Shown here: in pieces, positions 9,891 to 20,633 of the stretch | How positions within the stretch are numbered: position 1 is the stretch's first letter | Layout: each line of letters starts with the position of its first letter | Virus record (IMG/VR): IMGVR_UViG_3300022824_000016 | Span: 14,588-78,587 of that record | Source: a virus | Lineage: Duplodnaviria; Caudoviricetes | Length of the DNA: 64,000 nt | Reading direction: 5' to 3' (one strand) | Made by a program: the position numbers and the translations under genes | The notes under the pieces: model-generated | Databases searched by the model: none | What the model was told of the DNA's origin: nothing | Seen by the model: the letters and a program-made list of their open reading frames with translations, nothing else

Positions 9891-10838
9891 ATGAACACAT
9901 TCGCACACAATTTTTCTATCGGCGCGGCAATCAATCCCGGAGTAGCTCTCCGCCAGCAAACCCCGCTTACTCTTGATGCACTCCGCCACTTTGCGCCGTC
10001 TGCTTTCGCTACGGCTGCCCACGAATCGCGTTCTATGCGCTATACCTATATCCCTACTTCCGATATTATCGCCGGACTCATGCGTGAAGGATTTAAGCCA
10101 TTCAAAGCCACTCAAGGCCGCTGCAGGATTGCAGGCAAAGCTGATTTTACAAAGCATTTGATTCGCTTTCGCCATCCAGATTCTTTCAACGCGATTCAAC
10201 GTGTAGGCGATTCCGTGCCGGAAGTGGTTTTAGTGAACAGCCACGACGGCACAAGCGCATACAAACTTTCGGCCGGCTTGTTTCGGCTGGTTTGCTCGAA
10301 TGGCCTTATGGTTTCAGATAGCACCGTTCCTATGCTTTCCGTTCAGCACAAAGGGAACATAGTCGATGAAGTTATCGAAGGATCTTTTCAGATTGTTCAA
10401 CAGTCAGAAAAGGCACTTGCGCGCGCCGATGAATGGAATCAGCTCCAGCTTACGGTAGGCGAGCAGATGGCCTTTGCCGATGCAGCCCGCGAACTGCGCT
10501 TTGCGGACGTGGAAGGCACGATAAAAACGCCGATCACCGCTGAACAGCTTTTGCGCCCACGCCGTGAAGCCGATGCAGAAGGAATTATTGACTATCGCAA
10601 ACCAGCCGCACCTAAACCGGACCTTTGGCACACCATGAATGTGGTTCAGGAAAACGTCATTCGTGGCGGTTTGCATGGTACTTTGCGCGGAATTGATCCC
10701 AACACAAAACAGCGCACCTTTCGCCGCGTAACCACACGGGAAGTAAAAGGCATTGACCAGGACGTGAAATTGAATCGCGCTCTCTGGATGCTAGCGGAAC
10801 GTATGGCGGAACTGAAGGACGCGACCGTAGCAGCCTAG
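9891..10838 (+). CDS. DUF932/DUF945 family protein
   Basis: APSAFA...RYTYIPT..I...L.REGF, KHLIRFR, NSHDGTSAYKLSAGLFRLVCSNGL and LNRALW motifs. Confidence 0.85.
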   Translation: MNTFAHNFSIGAAINPGVALRQQTPLTLDALRHFAPSAFATAAHESRSMRYTYIPTSDIIAGLMREGFKPFKATQGRCRIAGKADFTKHLIRFRHPDSFNAIQRVGDSVPEVVLVNSHDGTSAYKLSAGLFRLVCSNGLMVSDSTVPMLSVQHKGNIVDEVIEGSFQIVQQSEKALARADEWNQLQLTVGEQMAFADAARELRFADVEGTIKTPITAEQLLRPRREADAEGIIDYRKPAAPKPDLWHTMNVVQENVIRGGLHGTLRGIDPNTKQRTFRRVTTREVKGIDQDVKLNRALWMLAERMAELKDATVAA

Positions 10839-10846
10839 TTTCTTCC

Positions 10847-10883
10847 AAGTGAACGGGCGGAAACTCTCCGCCCGTTCACTTTT
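10847..10883 (+). terminator. Rho-independent terminator
   Basis: AAGTGAACGGGCGG/CCGCCCGTTCACTT stem followed by T-run. Confidence 0.8.
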
Positions 10884-11197
10884 CCGATGCGCAACCAATG
10901 GGAGAAAAAATGACTATTGACGGAATCATTCAACATTACAGTATGCCCGGGTATGAGCCGTTATCTGTGGAAGAACTTTTTGCGTCCTACGGTAAAAAGT
11001 GGACAAAAGACAACTGGCAAATTGAAAGATTCACAGAACTTTTTGCAATTTGCCATGATGGAATTATCCGCCCGCGCCGCTTGCGATTGACTGATTCAAG
11101 TTTGGTAATTGATACATCGGTGCGCAGTTTCTGAGGTTTTTAACCGGCGTAATGCTCGCCCATTGCAACTACTTTTCACACATCGGGAGTAACGAAA

Positions 11198-11668
11198 ATG
11201 CAAAGCAGCGATATGATTACCGATTTTATTCTCCGCAAAGATTCTTACGTCACACCAGAGGGAACCTTTACGGATTACGAAAAGGCGCGTACAGCTTGCC
11301 CTGGTCAGAATTTAGACCAGTATCACCGCATAAAAATGTCAACAGTTCATTCTTTGTTGAAAGCGATAAATGCGCAATTTGGCGCGCTGGCTGAAGAATA
11401 CAGCTTTAGCCTGGATTTTAATCTGGTGGGTGAGTCTGGCCTTAAAGCAAAACCCGGCGTTTCTCCGTCTCTCATCCCTCAAGACTTCCACGAATTGATA
11501 GCCTATGCCGTTGAAGGCGGTTCAGAAGGCTATTACGTCCATATCTGCGCTTTGTTGCCCAATGGCCATTTTATGCCTTTCGGCATTGCCAAAACATGGA
11601 ATCCCGATAGCGCCTATGAGCTCGCAAAACAGGCGTCCCGTTTCCTCGCTGCAGCACGCTGGAATTAG
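11198..11668 (+). CDS. Hypothetical early protein
   Basis: 156-aa ORF with a GGAG RBS. Confidence 0.5.
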   Translation: MQSSDMITDFILRKDSYVTPEGTFTDYEKARTACPGQNLDQYHRIKMSTVHSLLKAINAQFGALAEEYSFSLDFNLVGESGLKAKPGVSPSLIPQDFHELIAYAVEGGSEGYYVHICALLPNGHFMPFGIAKTWNPDSAYELAKQASRFLAAARWN

Positions 11669-11693
11669 GATATGCCCGCCCGTGGGCTGATAC

Positions 11694-12110
11694 GTGGGCA
11701 AGGAAAAAACAATGATTGATTTTAGCTCTGAAGGAATTTTGCGGGAAGCAAAACACCGCGCGCGCCCAATCAATGAGGCGATTCTAGCGGAACGCATGAA
11801 AGCGTATGACGCGATTAAAGGGCCACGCGTGGGCGATTGGGTAGACACTCCGGTAGGTCGGTTTCGCATTGCCCACCATTGGGGGGATTCTGTTCAGCTT
11901 TCATCTTATGCCGGTGACCACAACGGCATTTATCTGTCTGTGGGTTCCGCGTCCTACAGCGGCGGGCTGGATTCCCCGATTCCGATAGGCCGGATCATGC
12001 CCACGGAAGAAACGCGCACGGCCACGGTTTGGTTTTTCAGCGAAAACTATGTCTGTGCCCACAATGCTGTTTACCTGAAAACGGATTTTCGCGTTTTTCG
12101 TTTGGCGTAA
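11694..12110 (+). CDS. Hypothetical protein of a type seen in mobile-element leading regions
   Basis: 138-aa ORF with GPRVGDWV and SASYSGGLD motifs. Confidence 0.55.
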   Translation: MGKEKTMIDFSSEGILREAKHRARPINEAILAERMKAYDAIKGPRVGDWVDTPVGRFRIAHHWGDSVQLSSYAGDHNGIYLSVGSASYSGGLDSPIPIGRIMPTEETRTATVWFFSENYVCAHNAVYLKTDFRVFRLA

Positions 12111-12360
12111 TCAACAGAAGAAAGGGGGATTCATGCACATCTTATTCACTATCGCTTTGCTTTTTGTGGCGGGGGCTTTGCTGGCATATGCAAAACGGCA
12201 TCTTTCCCGCCTGCTCTATATCATTCTGTGGTTTTTTGCCTCAGCCCTAACAATCACGGCAGGCTGGATCTTTGCATTTTGAAATTGAGTCCGGATTCCG
12301 GACTGCACCAGGTAACTGCACATTCAACCGGCGAAATGCGCCAGACGGTGAGGAAAAACA

Positions 12361-12819
12361 ATGTCTGCATTCATGGTAAGCAAAGGACAGATAGACGCAA
12401 TTATTGCAGTGGTCGCATGCGGCCCGGCACACTCCGAAAAAGATGCGCAGCTATGGGCAGATTCTATGCGCTGGGCTGGCATTTTGACAAAAACACAGAA
12501 TCCGCTCGGAGAGCTGGGCGAGATATTCATCCGCGAAAATCTGGCGAGCATTAACGCGCGCTATCCGAATACAGTCGGCAAGCCTGAGCATGTTCCCGGC
12601 CCGTGTGAGCCTTACTGGTTGGCACCTTATGTCTATCACCAGCCGTCGCGCATTCCTTCCGTGGTTGAAGCACTAAAACTCATTGACTGCTATGAGTATC
12701 AATCTTGTGAGCATGACGGCTGGAAAACTTCGCAGGCAAAGCGACTTTGCGAAAAACTACGCGGGAATCTCATTACCGCGTTGCCTGGCTATGAATCTGC
12801 AAAGTGGTCAATTGACTAG
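12361..12819 (+). CDS. Hypothetical early protein
   Basis: 152-aa ORF with a GAGG RBS; ENLASINARY and CYEYQSCEH motifs. Confidence 0.65.
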   Translation: MSAFMVSKGQIDAIIAVVACGPAHSEKDAQLWADSMRWAGILTKTQNPLGELGEIFIRENLASINARYPNTVGKPEHVPGPCEPYWLAPYVYHQPSRIPSVVEALKLIDCYEYQSCEHDGWKTSQAKRLCEKLRGNLITALPGYESAKWSID

Positions 12820-12870
12820 CCTTGTGATAGCGGTAACTGGAGTCCGATATTATTAAGGCGCAGAGTATCA

Positions 12871-13125
12871 ATGACAGAGGAAACGAGAATGTACACGACT
12901 TTTGAAGATGAGCGCGCGGTATACGTCCACCGTAACGGTGAGGCACTGGTAACGGCGACAATCAACGGCAAGCGCGCATATGTTGCCGCGGTAAAAGACG
13001 GATTACGAACCGATTACCCAATTGACTACGGTACCGGGCAAATTGGCTGGGATAATCCGGAGTGGTTCACAGAGGGATTCAAGAGCAAGGCACGCAAGGC
13101 CATTCTAGCAGGAAAGGGGCTTTAG
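12871..13125 (+). CDS. Hypothetical protein
   Basis: 84-aa ORF in a co-oriented run. Confidence 0.5.
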   Translation: MTEETRMYTTFEDERAVYVHRNGEALVTATINGKRAYVAAVKDGLRTDYPIDYGTGQIGWDNPEWFTEGFKSKARKAILAGKGL

Positions 13126-13395
13126 ATGGAACATATCCGGGCAATAGTGAATCAAGTGGGAATTGCAATGGAATTGCATGAGCACACCGATAAGCCGGTC
13201 ATGCTTAATTTGATCAGCTATCGGGAATTAGGCGCATATCGGGCAGAACTGGCAAAGTCGAATCCAGATATGCAGCACGCGACGATTGGGCAGTTGGCCG
13301 TTATGTACGCTAACCGGAGCTATCAGAACATTACTATCAGCCAATTGCCATGGACGTATAACGCAAGCTCGGACACCTACGAACGCGGGCGGTAA
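13126..13395 (+). CDS. Hypothetical protein
   Basis: Abuts the previous stop codon. Confidence 0.5.
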   Translation: MEHIRAIVNQVGIAMELHEHTDKPVMLNLISYRELGAYRAELAKSNPDMQHATIGQLAVMYANRSYQNITISQLPWTYNASSDTYERGR

Positions 13396-13459
13396 ACCTT
13401 GCATCCGCACGTGGGTCTGTACGCAGGCAAGAATCCACAAGGCACACGGGGGAAACACA

Positions 13460-13837
13460 ATGAACTTTGTAACGCCAATGACCAAAGAACAGGCACAGGC
13501 GTATCAGGATGAGTTACGGGCAGAGCTGGCGCACTTGCTTTTGATTGAAACACCGATCAGATATGAAAGCGAACGTATTTACCAGATTCGGCGTTATTTC
13601 AAAGAGCTGGGCAAGGAATGTGAATCTGCGCGTAAAACGAAAATCGTTGCTCAGTTTGGGCCGGAGTACACCTTTGTATCTGATAGCCAAGATACAGCGC
13701 CGATCAAGGCGGATATAGCGGGCGCGAAAGACTATGACGCGTTTTTCGTGCTTCTTGGAGACGGCGAGTATACGGAAGTTTGGGGTATGGCTGGAATTGT
13801 GCCTTTCCGCTCGAAGCTTGTAACACGGCTGCTTTAA
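13460..13837 (+). CDS. Hypothetical protein
   Basis: ATG at 13460 with a GGGGG RBS, inside track ORF 13286-13837. Confidence 0.5.
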   Translation: MNFVTPMTKEQAQAYQDELRAELAHLLLIETPIRYESERIYQIRRYFKELGKECESARKTKIVAQFGPEYTFVSDSQDTAPIKADIAGAKDYDAFFVLLGDGEYTEVWGMAGIVPFRSKLVTRLL

Positions 13838-13910
13838 CTGCCGCATCCGCGAGTTTTTACTAACCCTTCGCCCGCCCGCGGGCATAGAGTACGCGGGCAA
13901 GGATTGAATC

Positions 13911-14147
13911 ATGCTAAACACTGAAACCAACACGCACGCCATGGAAACGCGGATTTTGAAAGCAGTAAATGGAAAGCTGGTCAATCCGGCGCGCCGTTAC
14001 GTGGAATTTCGTACCTTTTTTGAGCATGGCCAATGGTGGATTGAACATTTGCCAAGCGGCGCGCAGTGGTCTGTCTGCGATGCGTCCGGCCCGAGCTGCC
14101 CGGATGGATTCGACTTCGAGCAAGTGACGCAGGGCGACGAAGAATAG
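13911..14147 (+). CDS. Hypothetical protein
   Basis: 78-aa ORF after a GC hairpin. Confidence 0.5.
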   Translation: MLNTETNTHAMETRILKAVNGKLVNPARRYVEFRTFFEHGQWWIEHLPSGAQWSVCDASGPSCPDGFDFEQVTQGDEE

Positions 14148-14229
14148 CCATCTTAGTCCAGAATCCGGACTTTGATAGGTGACCAACGTTTTTCCAACTA
14201 TCCGGAAATTCCGGAGAATTGAGAACTTC

Positions 14230-14466
14230 ATGAAATTCACACTTGAAATTGAATTGGGCGACGACGCAATGAGAACTCCGTGGGACGTGGCAGTCGCGCT
14301 TTCGTCCGCTGTGATGGCACTGCAAGACAACAGCCGCAACCTCGCAGACGGCGAGAATGGAATACTGCGCGACTTCTACGGAAACACCGTGGGCGGCTGG
14401 GGAGTAAAGTGTGATCTTTGCGCCGCATCCAACGCTGAAAAACAAAAAAGTAAACAGTCTGCTTAG
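14230..14466 (+). CDS. Hypothetical protein, paralog A (MKFTLEIELG family)
   Basis: N-terminus MKFTLEIELGDDAM is near-identical to the next gene. Confidence 0.65.
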   Translation: MKFTLEIELGDDAMRTPWDVAVALSSAVMALQDNSRNLADGENGILRDFYGNTVGGWGVKCDLCAASNAEKQKSKQSA

Positions 14467-14534
14467 TCCAACTTTCTTTGATAGGTGACCAATTTTTTTA
14501 ACCGGGCCGACAATTCGGCAGAACTGAGAACACC

Positions 14535-14855
14535 ATGAAATTTACGCTCGAAATTGAATTGGGCAATGACGCCATGCAAAACGGAACCGATGTGATCAAG
14601 GCAATTCAGGAAAGTCTGAAGGGTGAAGAAAGTCTGCCTTTGGACGCGGGTACTGCGGGACGACTTTGGGACGAAAACGGCAACCTTGCAGGCAGCTGGA
14701 AAGTAATAGAAGATGCGCCAACGCTGCCTGTATCTGTCGTGGCTTCTGTACTCCCGGCTGAAACACCGCATCCTTTTGATGACCACGACACCATGGGATT
14801 CTGCTCTGTTTGTGGCCGGAGAAAGTATGATCCGGACGCGAATCACATCGAATAA
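14535..14855 (+). CDS. Hypothetical protein, paralog B (MKFTLEIELG family)
   Basis: N-terminus MKFTLEIELGNDAM. Confidence 0.65.
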   Translation: MKFTLEIELGNDAMQNGTDVIKAIQESLKGEESLPLDAGTAGRLWDENGNLAGSWKVIEDAPTLPVSVVASVLPAETPHPFDDHDTMGFCSVCGRRKYDPDANHIE

Positions 14856-14934
14856 CTGGGCAACTGGTAAGGATTCCTTACCAGTTCAATCGCAACCAGC
14901 AACAGCCGCATATCGGCAGAATCGAGTATTGATC

Positions 14935-15258
14935 ATGGCACAGGAACCGAAACAAATTATTCCTATCCCCGCATTGAACATTGAAGAAGGCGCGGCACAG
15001 CTAACACTTACCACGGAAAAGTATTTTAACGGTCAGATTGTTTCCGCCGCACACATCTATTTTGCGAAAAATGGCATGATCACCTTTGAACTAGCTGGCG
15101 ACTTCAGGAAGGTGCTTTTGCGCACCCGTGAACGCGCCACACAAAAGGCACTCGACACACAGCACGCGAACACCTTTACCCCCGAAGTCATCGAAGCGCT
15201 AAAAGCTGAAGCACTCGCTTTCTACGCTGAAAAGCGGAAAAGTAAACAGTCTGCTTAA
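14935..15258 (+). CDS. Hypothetical protein
   Basis: Ends KSKQSA*, like 14230-14466. Confidence 0.55.
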   Translation: MAQEPKQIIPIPALNIEEGAAQLTLTTEKYFNGQIVSAAHIYFAKNGMITFELAGDFRKVLLRTRERATQKALDTQHANTFTPEVIEALKAEALAFYAEKRKSKQSA

Positions 15259-15331
15259 TCTATCACTCTCTTTGATAGGTGACCAAATTTTTAGAACCCA
15301 AAGTACATACAGGCCATGGAGGGCCATCCCA

Positions 15332-15886
15332 ATGAATCCAATTCAGTCCCATCCCGGCAGCTATTGGCATAGCAATGACGCAGCTGATATCTGGCTCAAC
15401 ACTTTCGCAGCAGAAAAGCCCGAGACCATCAAAGTATTCGATTCCGGTGCATCGGAAAGCTCTTCCGGTCTGGTAACAATTCCGCTTGTATCACTACGAT
15501 TCATTAGTGCGGGGATCTTCGGAGAAGGCCGTCCCTGCAGTTTCAACTCAAAATCAAAATGGACAGGTGACTCTCACCGCTATGGCGTCTACTTCTTTGA
15601 AGAAGATCCAAACAAACAGCACCCGGTGATCCTTGAGACGCATGGCGGCGGAACACAAGGCGTTATGTTTCCATCCTATACCACAGATTTATGGAGCGTG
15701 ATTGCAGTCGGACTTTTGCCTGAGCAGCTCTGGGATATGTGTCACAACATCATGCAGTATGGCGCCAATATGCAAAGAGCTACAGAAAAACGCATTCATT
15801 CCGCCTTTGTTGAAGACCGACTGATTAAGCGGCGGCGTCATGGAAATGTCTATGTAGAAACCAAACCAGTCGAGCCGCTCCTTTGA
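15332..15886 (+). CDS. Hypothetical protein
   Basis: ATG at 15332 with a GGAGG RBS. Confidence 0.55.
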   Translation: MNPIQSHPGSYWHSNDAADIWLNTFAAEKPETIKVFDSGASESSSGLVTIPLVSLRFISAGIFGEGRPCSFNSKSKWTGDSHRYGVYFFEEDPNKQHPVILETHGGGTQGVMFPSYTTDLWSVIAVGLLPEQLWDMCHNIMQYGANMQRATEKRIHSAFVEDRLIKRRRHGNVYVETKPVEPLL

Positions 15887-15971
15887 TAGAGGACCAAATT
15901 TTTGTCCCCTAACCAAAAAACTCAAACGCAATTCTAACCGGCGCACTGCGCCAGAAAGCAGCGTCAACATC

Positions 15972-16979
15972 ATGGCTACTCTTGCCACTTCCTTCGATGA
16001 AACCGCAGTGCCCTCTATCTCCAAAACTGCCCAGCGCTTCCGCACCTGGGCTGACGCCCTGCAGCCAAAGATCGACCACGCAGGACGACCAATGACGCTG
16101 AATTCCACGCCCAAGCGGAATAAGGAATACCAGTCTCGGCTGCATGATTGCCGCAATCTGGAGCGCACACAGCGGGCATTGCTCACTCTCGCTGACGCCC
16201 ACGAAAACGGAACGATTCTTCCCGAGCTGGCCGGATTTACAAAGAAAAATGAAATTGAACGGATGGTACATAAGGGAATCGACTGCGGCAAAGGCGGTTA
16301 TTATTCTGTGATTGAATCAGACGACTATTCCGACACTTCCGAATCGGCACGGCTCCTGCAGTCTATGATTGACGGCAATTCCACCGAGCGCATCGAACGC
16401 GAACGACTGCGCAAAATCAGCGAACTCGAAGCCGAAATCCAACTATCCAATATTCCTGGATACTTCCCCACGCCTGCGCCCGTAATTGAAATCATGTTGC
16501 GCCGTGCACGGTTGAGCCGACTTAGCAAGGGAATGCGCATTCTGGAACCGGAAGCAGGCAGCGGACATATTGCCGATGCGATCCACGCCGCTTACCCTGA
16601 GTTGGAATTGGAAGTCATCGAGCCGGTTTTGCGGTTGCGCAAGATCCTGCAACTCAAGGGTTACAAGTTGGTCGGAGACGATTTTCTTCAGGTTTCTACC
16701 GCCGAACTCGGAACCTATAACCGGATCATCATGAATCCGCCCTTTGAGCGGCAGCAAGATCTGGACCACATCCGCAAGGCATACTCTTTGCTCGCGCCTA
16801 GCGGCGCTTTGATTTCCGTTCTGAGCCCCAGCTTTGAATTCCGCAACGACCGCAAGAGCACGGAGTTTCGCGCATGGTTGCAATCGCTCAATGCCCAATG
16901 GGAAGAACTTCCGGATGGTTCTTTCAAGGCCAGCGGTACCGGCGTTTCCACGCGGTTGCTAGTGATTGAGCGCTACTAG
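15972..16979 (+). CDS. Amino (N6-adenine-type) DNA methyltransferase
   Basis: Motif I ILEPEAGSG and motif IV IMNPPF. Confidence 0.85.
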   Translation: MATLATSFDETAVPSISKTAQRFRTWADALQPKIDHAGRPMTLNSTPKRNKEYQSRLHDCRNLERTQRALLTLADAHENGTILPELAGFTKKNEIERMVHKGIDCGKGGYYSVIESDDYSDTSESARLLQSMIDGNSTERIERERLRKISELEAEIQLSNIPGYFPTPAPVIEIMLRRARLSRLSKGMRILEPEAGSGHIADAIHAAYPELELEVIEPVLRLRKILQLKGYKLVGDDFLQVSTAELGTYNRIIMNPPFERQQDLDHIRKAYSLLAPSGALISVLSPSFEFRNDRKSTEFRAWLQSLNAQWEELPDGSFKASGTGVSTRLLVIERY

Positions 16980-18009
16980 AAAGATCTTTTGATAGAGCAA
17001 CCACAAATTCAAAGACAGCGGGAAAAAGGAATAAGCCCATGAGCTATGCGCAGATGATGAAGTGGCACCGCACCCACCGCAAGGGAACTCGTCAGCCGGT
17101 TCTGATGTCGACCGGCTCCGGATTCTGGCCCGCTCACAGTTGGCTGGAAAACACTTTTGCGCCTTACGTCGAACAGTGCAAAGCGGCAGACATTGAACCG
17201 ATGGAATGCCAAGCCTATTACAACGCCACACTGAGCGGAGGAATCGGCGATCCACGGTTCGCTGATGATTGACAATCATTCACACTTTGGTGTTTTCCTG
17301 CTATTGACGCCGAGGTGCGAACAAGCGCATTCTTTCAAGAGATCTATTTGATAGAGGGTCAATGGATCTTAAACCATTTTGAAAAACTGGCCCGGCGTTC
17401 CGGGCACACCGAGGCAACCATGAACGCAGCACAGACATACCGGCCACAGCTCCTGATTGATTTGCCGCCGATGGCTGAAAATGCGATCTGGCGCGCTATC
17501 GATCCGCGCGACCGGCACCGCATTGATTGCGACCACATTGGCACGTGCGGAGAACAAGCTATTTGGGCAACTCAGCACGGCAGACTGTACGTCTGCAACT
17601 ATCACCGCTTTGTCTACGAGGTTCAGCGCGCCGTCGAAGCGCTGAAAGTCCAGGATCCGGACTGCGATCAGGATCTCGAACCGGATGATTCGGTACTGGC
17701 ATAAGAGAAATCAGGATGGCCAACGAACGCACAAAACTCCGGCACAAGCCGCTTCCGGCGCTAACGCTGCGCTGTGAATGGTGCAAACGACTTTTTGCGT
17801 GGAAGCCAGGCTGTACCACGCAAGCCATGTTTTTTGTACGCCGCACCTGCTCCAGGTATTGCCGCAGCAGATTGCGCAGCTGGGAACTGGCACATCCATC
17901 ATCGGCTACAATTCTTCTTTGATAGAAGACCAGAAATGCAGTGCTGTTTGGCCTTTTTTTCAATGAGTTTTTGTCGAACTTTTACTTTTCAGATTAAAGG
18001 GAGTCGTGC

Positions 18010-18324
18010 GTGATCGAAGAAATTGTTAAAAAGGTTTATCACTGCACCTGCGATCATGCCGACTGCCGACATGTATGGGATGCCTGGGAAATACCAAAAC
18101 GGTGCGCCAAATGCAAAAGACATACCTGGAACCGTCCAGACCGTCGACACGAATCTCTAGCCAATACGGCGGAGCATAATTGGATACGTTTAAAACAATG
18201 CACAGTCTGTCACGGTACCGAGTGGATCAAGGATGCACAAGGAAAATCAGTTTGTGCTCATTGTGCCGCCGATATAACATCCACCAGGGAGAAAAAGAAA
18301 ACACCAGCAAAGATCCGCAAATGA
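18010..18324 (+). CDS. Small zinc-binding protein
   Basis: Several CxxC pairs. Confidence 0.55.
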   Translation: MIEEIVKKVYHCTCDHADCRHVWDAWEIPKRCAKCKRHTWNRPDRRHESLANTAEHNWIRLKQCTVCHGTEWIKDAQGKSVCAHCAADITSTREKKKTPAKIRK

Positions 18325-18340
18325 AGGGGGTGCTCTTTCG

Positions 18341-18649
18341 ATGACGCATATTTTTTCATTGCGTGCTGCATGGAAATATCGGGGCGCAGCTCCGTATGTG
18401 CCGGGATGCGAGTGGTACACATGGGGCAATTGCAATGTCTTTGTAGGTCTGGAGCAGGTTGGCTGGCACCTGAGTATCAGCACTCCCAATCGCAATCCCA
18501 CGTGGGAAGAGATCAAGCAGGCGCGTTATGATCTGCTTCCTCATGACGTGACCATGGCCCTGATTTTGCCGCCCACTGCAGAATATGTGAACATTCATGA
18601 GTTCTGCTTCCATCTTTACCAAATATCAAATGAGGAGTTACAGCAATGA
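18341..18649 (+). CDS. Conserved phage hypothetical protein
   Basis: WHLSIS...RNPTWEEIK...LPP..EYVNIHEFCFHL motif common in phages. Confidence 0.7.
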   Translation: MTHIFSLRAAWKYRGAAPYVPGCEWYTWGNCNVFVGLEQVGWHLSISTPNRNPTWEEIKQARYDLLPHDVTMALILPPTAEYVNIHEFCFHLYQISNEELQQ

Positions 18650-19389
18650 TTCATCGTGGCCGCATTCCTGGCTGGCATTGCGTCTGCAACCTCTGCGGAT
18701 ACAAGTGGGATTCTATTGCCAAAGATCCACCTGAAGCCTGCGCGAATCACACCTGCCACTCCCGCGAATGGAATGGCAAAAAGATACATGCTCCCAGACT
18801 GACCATTGAACTGCCGAAGCCGAGAAAAGTGCGACACTCTGCATTCGATTGAGAACATGTGAATCGAAAAACATTTAAGATGCGCCTCAAATGCGCTTTG
18901 CGGCTTTTTAATGTTTTTGGACATAGAATAGTGGCATGAAAAAACCGCCCAAAAAGTCCAGCACGCATCGCGTTCCTGATTCCGACACGGAGCCCGACTG
19001 GACCGGAAAATGCGCTGTCTGCGGCGCATCACCAATCGTTCCGGCAACCGGTCTGTGCGGACCCTGCACATGGGGAGAAGCAGACACCGCGGACGGTAAT
19101 TGGTAAACCCGATGAACACGAGGTACACCTCTATGGATCTGCAAATGATTTTGATAAATGTGCTGAGCGCGTTTGTGTGGTGCATGGTTTTGCTGGTGGT
19201 CGGCCTCTGTGCACTTGCTGGTGTTTCTTTGTGCGGCGTACTGAAAACGATTTTTCGCAAAAAGCCAATGCGATAACTCTGTTTATTAAAGTTTAAAACG
19301 TTTATTACTCGACAAAACAAACTAGTTTGTATAATATAAAAATAAACATACTTTTGCTGCGCACAAGCGGCGAGAAATCGAGGAAAAAA

Positions 19390-19893
19390 ATGCCTGGAAT
19401 TTTGCAATTGACACTACCCAGAGAAGAGCCAAAACGGGGCCGCGGTCGTCCGCGCACGCCTCCCGAAGTCATCGCTGAACGGCAGCGCCTTGCAGCCCAG
19501 CAGCAAACTGCACAAATCACCAACCCGGTGGATCAGGCGCGTGCCGTCTTCCGTTCCGGCAATCGGCTTTCTGCCCTGGTTGGGCTGATAATGGGTGGAT
19601 TCGTTCCTCTCGCCTGCTACACGCTGATTCACCTGGAAGTTAGCACCCGTCCCACATTGTGGGTGCTAGTGGCCGGTGGACTGGTATATAGTGCTCTCAA
19701 CATGTTCAGTTGGATGCAGAGACTGTTCGGGAACTGGTGGATGCCGTTAGGATGGGTTGTACTGCTCGAAGGCAGCATGACGGCCAGCAAAATTGCGTGG
19801 CTTAGCCTTACCGGTCTGGCGATTTTGATGATTTTGGATGGCGTAACGACAGCCATTACTATCACTCTCCAGAAACCGAGGGAAGAACAATGA
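19390..19893 (+). CDS. Membrane protein with an AT-hook-like N-terminus
   Basis: PKRGRGRPR followed by about four hydrophobic segments. Confidence 0.6.
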   Translation: MPGILQLTLPREEPKRGRGRPRTPPEVIAERQRLAAQQQTAQITNPVDQARAVFRSGNRLSALVGLIMGGFVPLACYTLIHLEVSTRPTLWVLVAGGLVYSALNMFSWMQRLFGNWWMPLGWVVLLEGSMTASKIAWLSLTGLAILMILDGVTTAITITLQKPREEQ

Positions 19894-19947
19894 TTAACTG
19901 GACCTCTTTGGCAATTGGCGTTGTTATCGGTATTGACCTGACTTCCC

Positions 19948-20388
19948 TTGGAATCAGCCTTTGGAATCTTTGCTACAGGCCCATCAGGCGCACTAATGAG
20001 CCGGTTATCACACATAAATGCCGCGAATGCGGAAAAATTACTGGACACGGGGGAAATAATGATTGTAGCTAGTGTCAATAAGGCGTCGACCAAAAACGGC
20101 AATAACCTATTGCTGTTGATTTTGGAACCTGCAAATCTGGAGAAGTTAAAACTTGGGCAACCGATCATAAAAAACCTTAACCAGTTTTTTCCTCAGTTGC
20201 CCGAAAAAGTCGATTTGATGCTTGCCTACACGCCAGATGCTGAATGGCTTTCTGAACAACTTGCGAACAACAAAAATCTGGTTGATTCCCTTTCCAACAG
20301 TTTGGAACGCCCTGAAGTTTTGATCCGTCCTTACCATGAAGCAGAAGATTTGACTCAACATCAAAAAATAGAGGGAGAAGAAGCATGA
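19948..20388 (+). CDS. Hypothetical protein (start uncertain)
   Basis: Track ORF coupled to the next gene. Confidence 0.45.
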   Translation: MESAFGIFATGPSGALMSRLSHINAANAEKLLDTGEIMIVASVNKASTKNGNNLLLLILEPANLEKLKLGQPIIKNLNQFFPQLPEKVDLMLAYTPDAEWLSEQLANNKNLVDSLSNSLERPEVLIRPYHEAEDLTQHQKIEGEEA

Positions 20389-20633
20389 CCGAAACCTGGG
20401 ATTTCGTCATATTGGTGACTATGATTTTTGTTAGCATTCTGCTCAACTATTGCCAATTCAGCATGCTTGAAAAGCTCCACAAAGAAAGCGAATCGCGTAG
20501 TGACCAGATGAATACGGAATTAACAGCGCGCATTGACCGCATAAATTTTGAACTACACACACGGCTGGACCAGCAGTAATCGAAACGGCATTAAAATTGA
20601 GATACTGGAAAAGAAACCAGTGGATGATACATC

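Larger units (their letters stand above)
14171..17933 (+). repeat. Seven copies of TTTGATAG(G/A)NGACCAA-like junction motif
   Basis: Copies at 14171, 14477, 15271, 15882, 16988, 17347 and 17918, nearly all at gene junctions. Confidence 0.8.
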
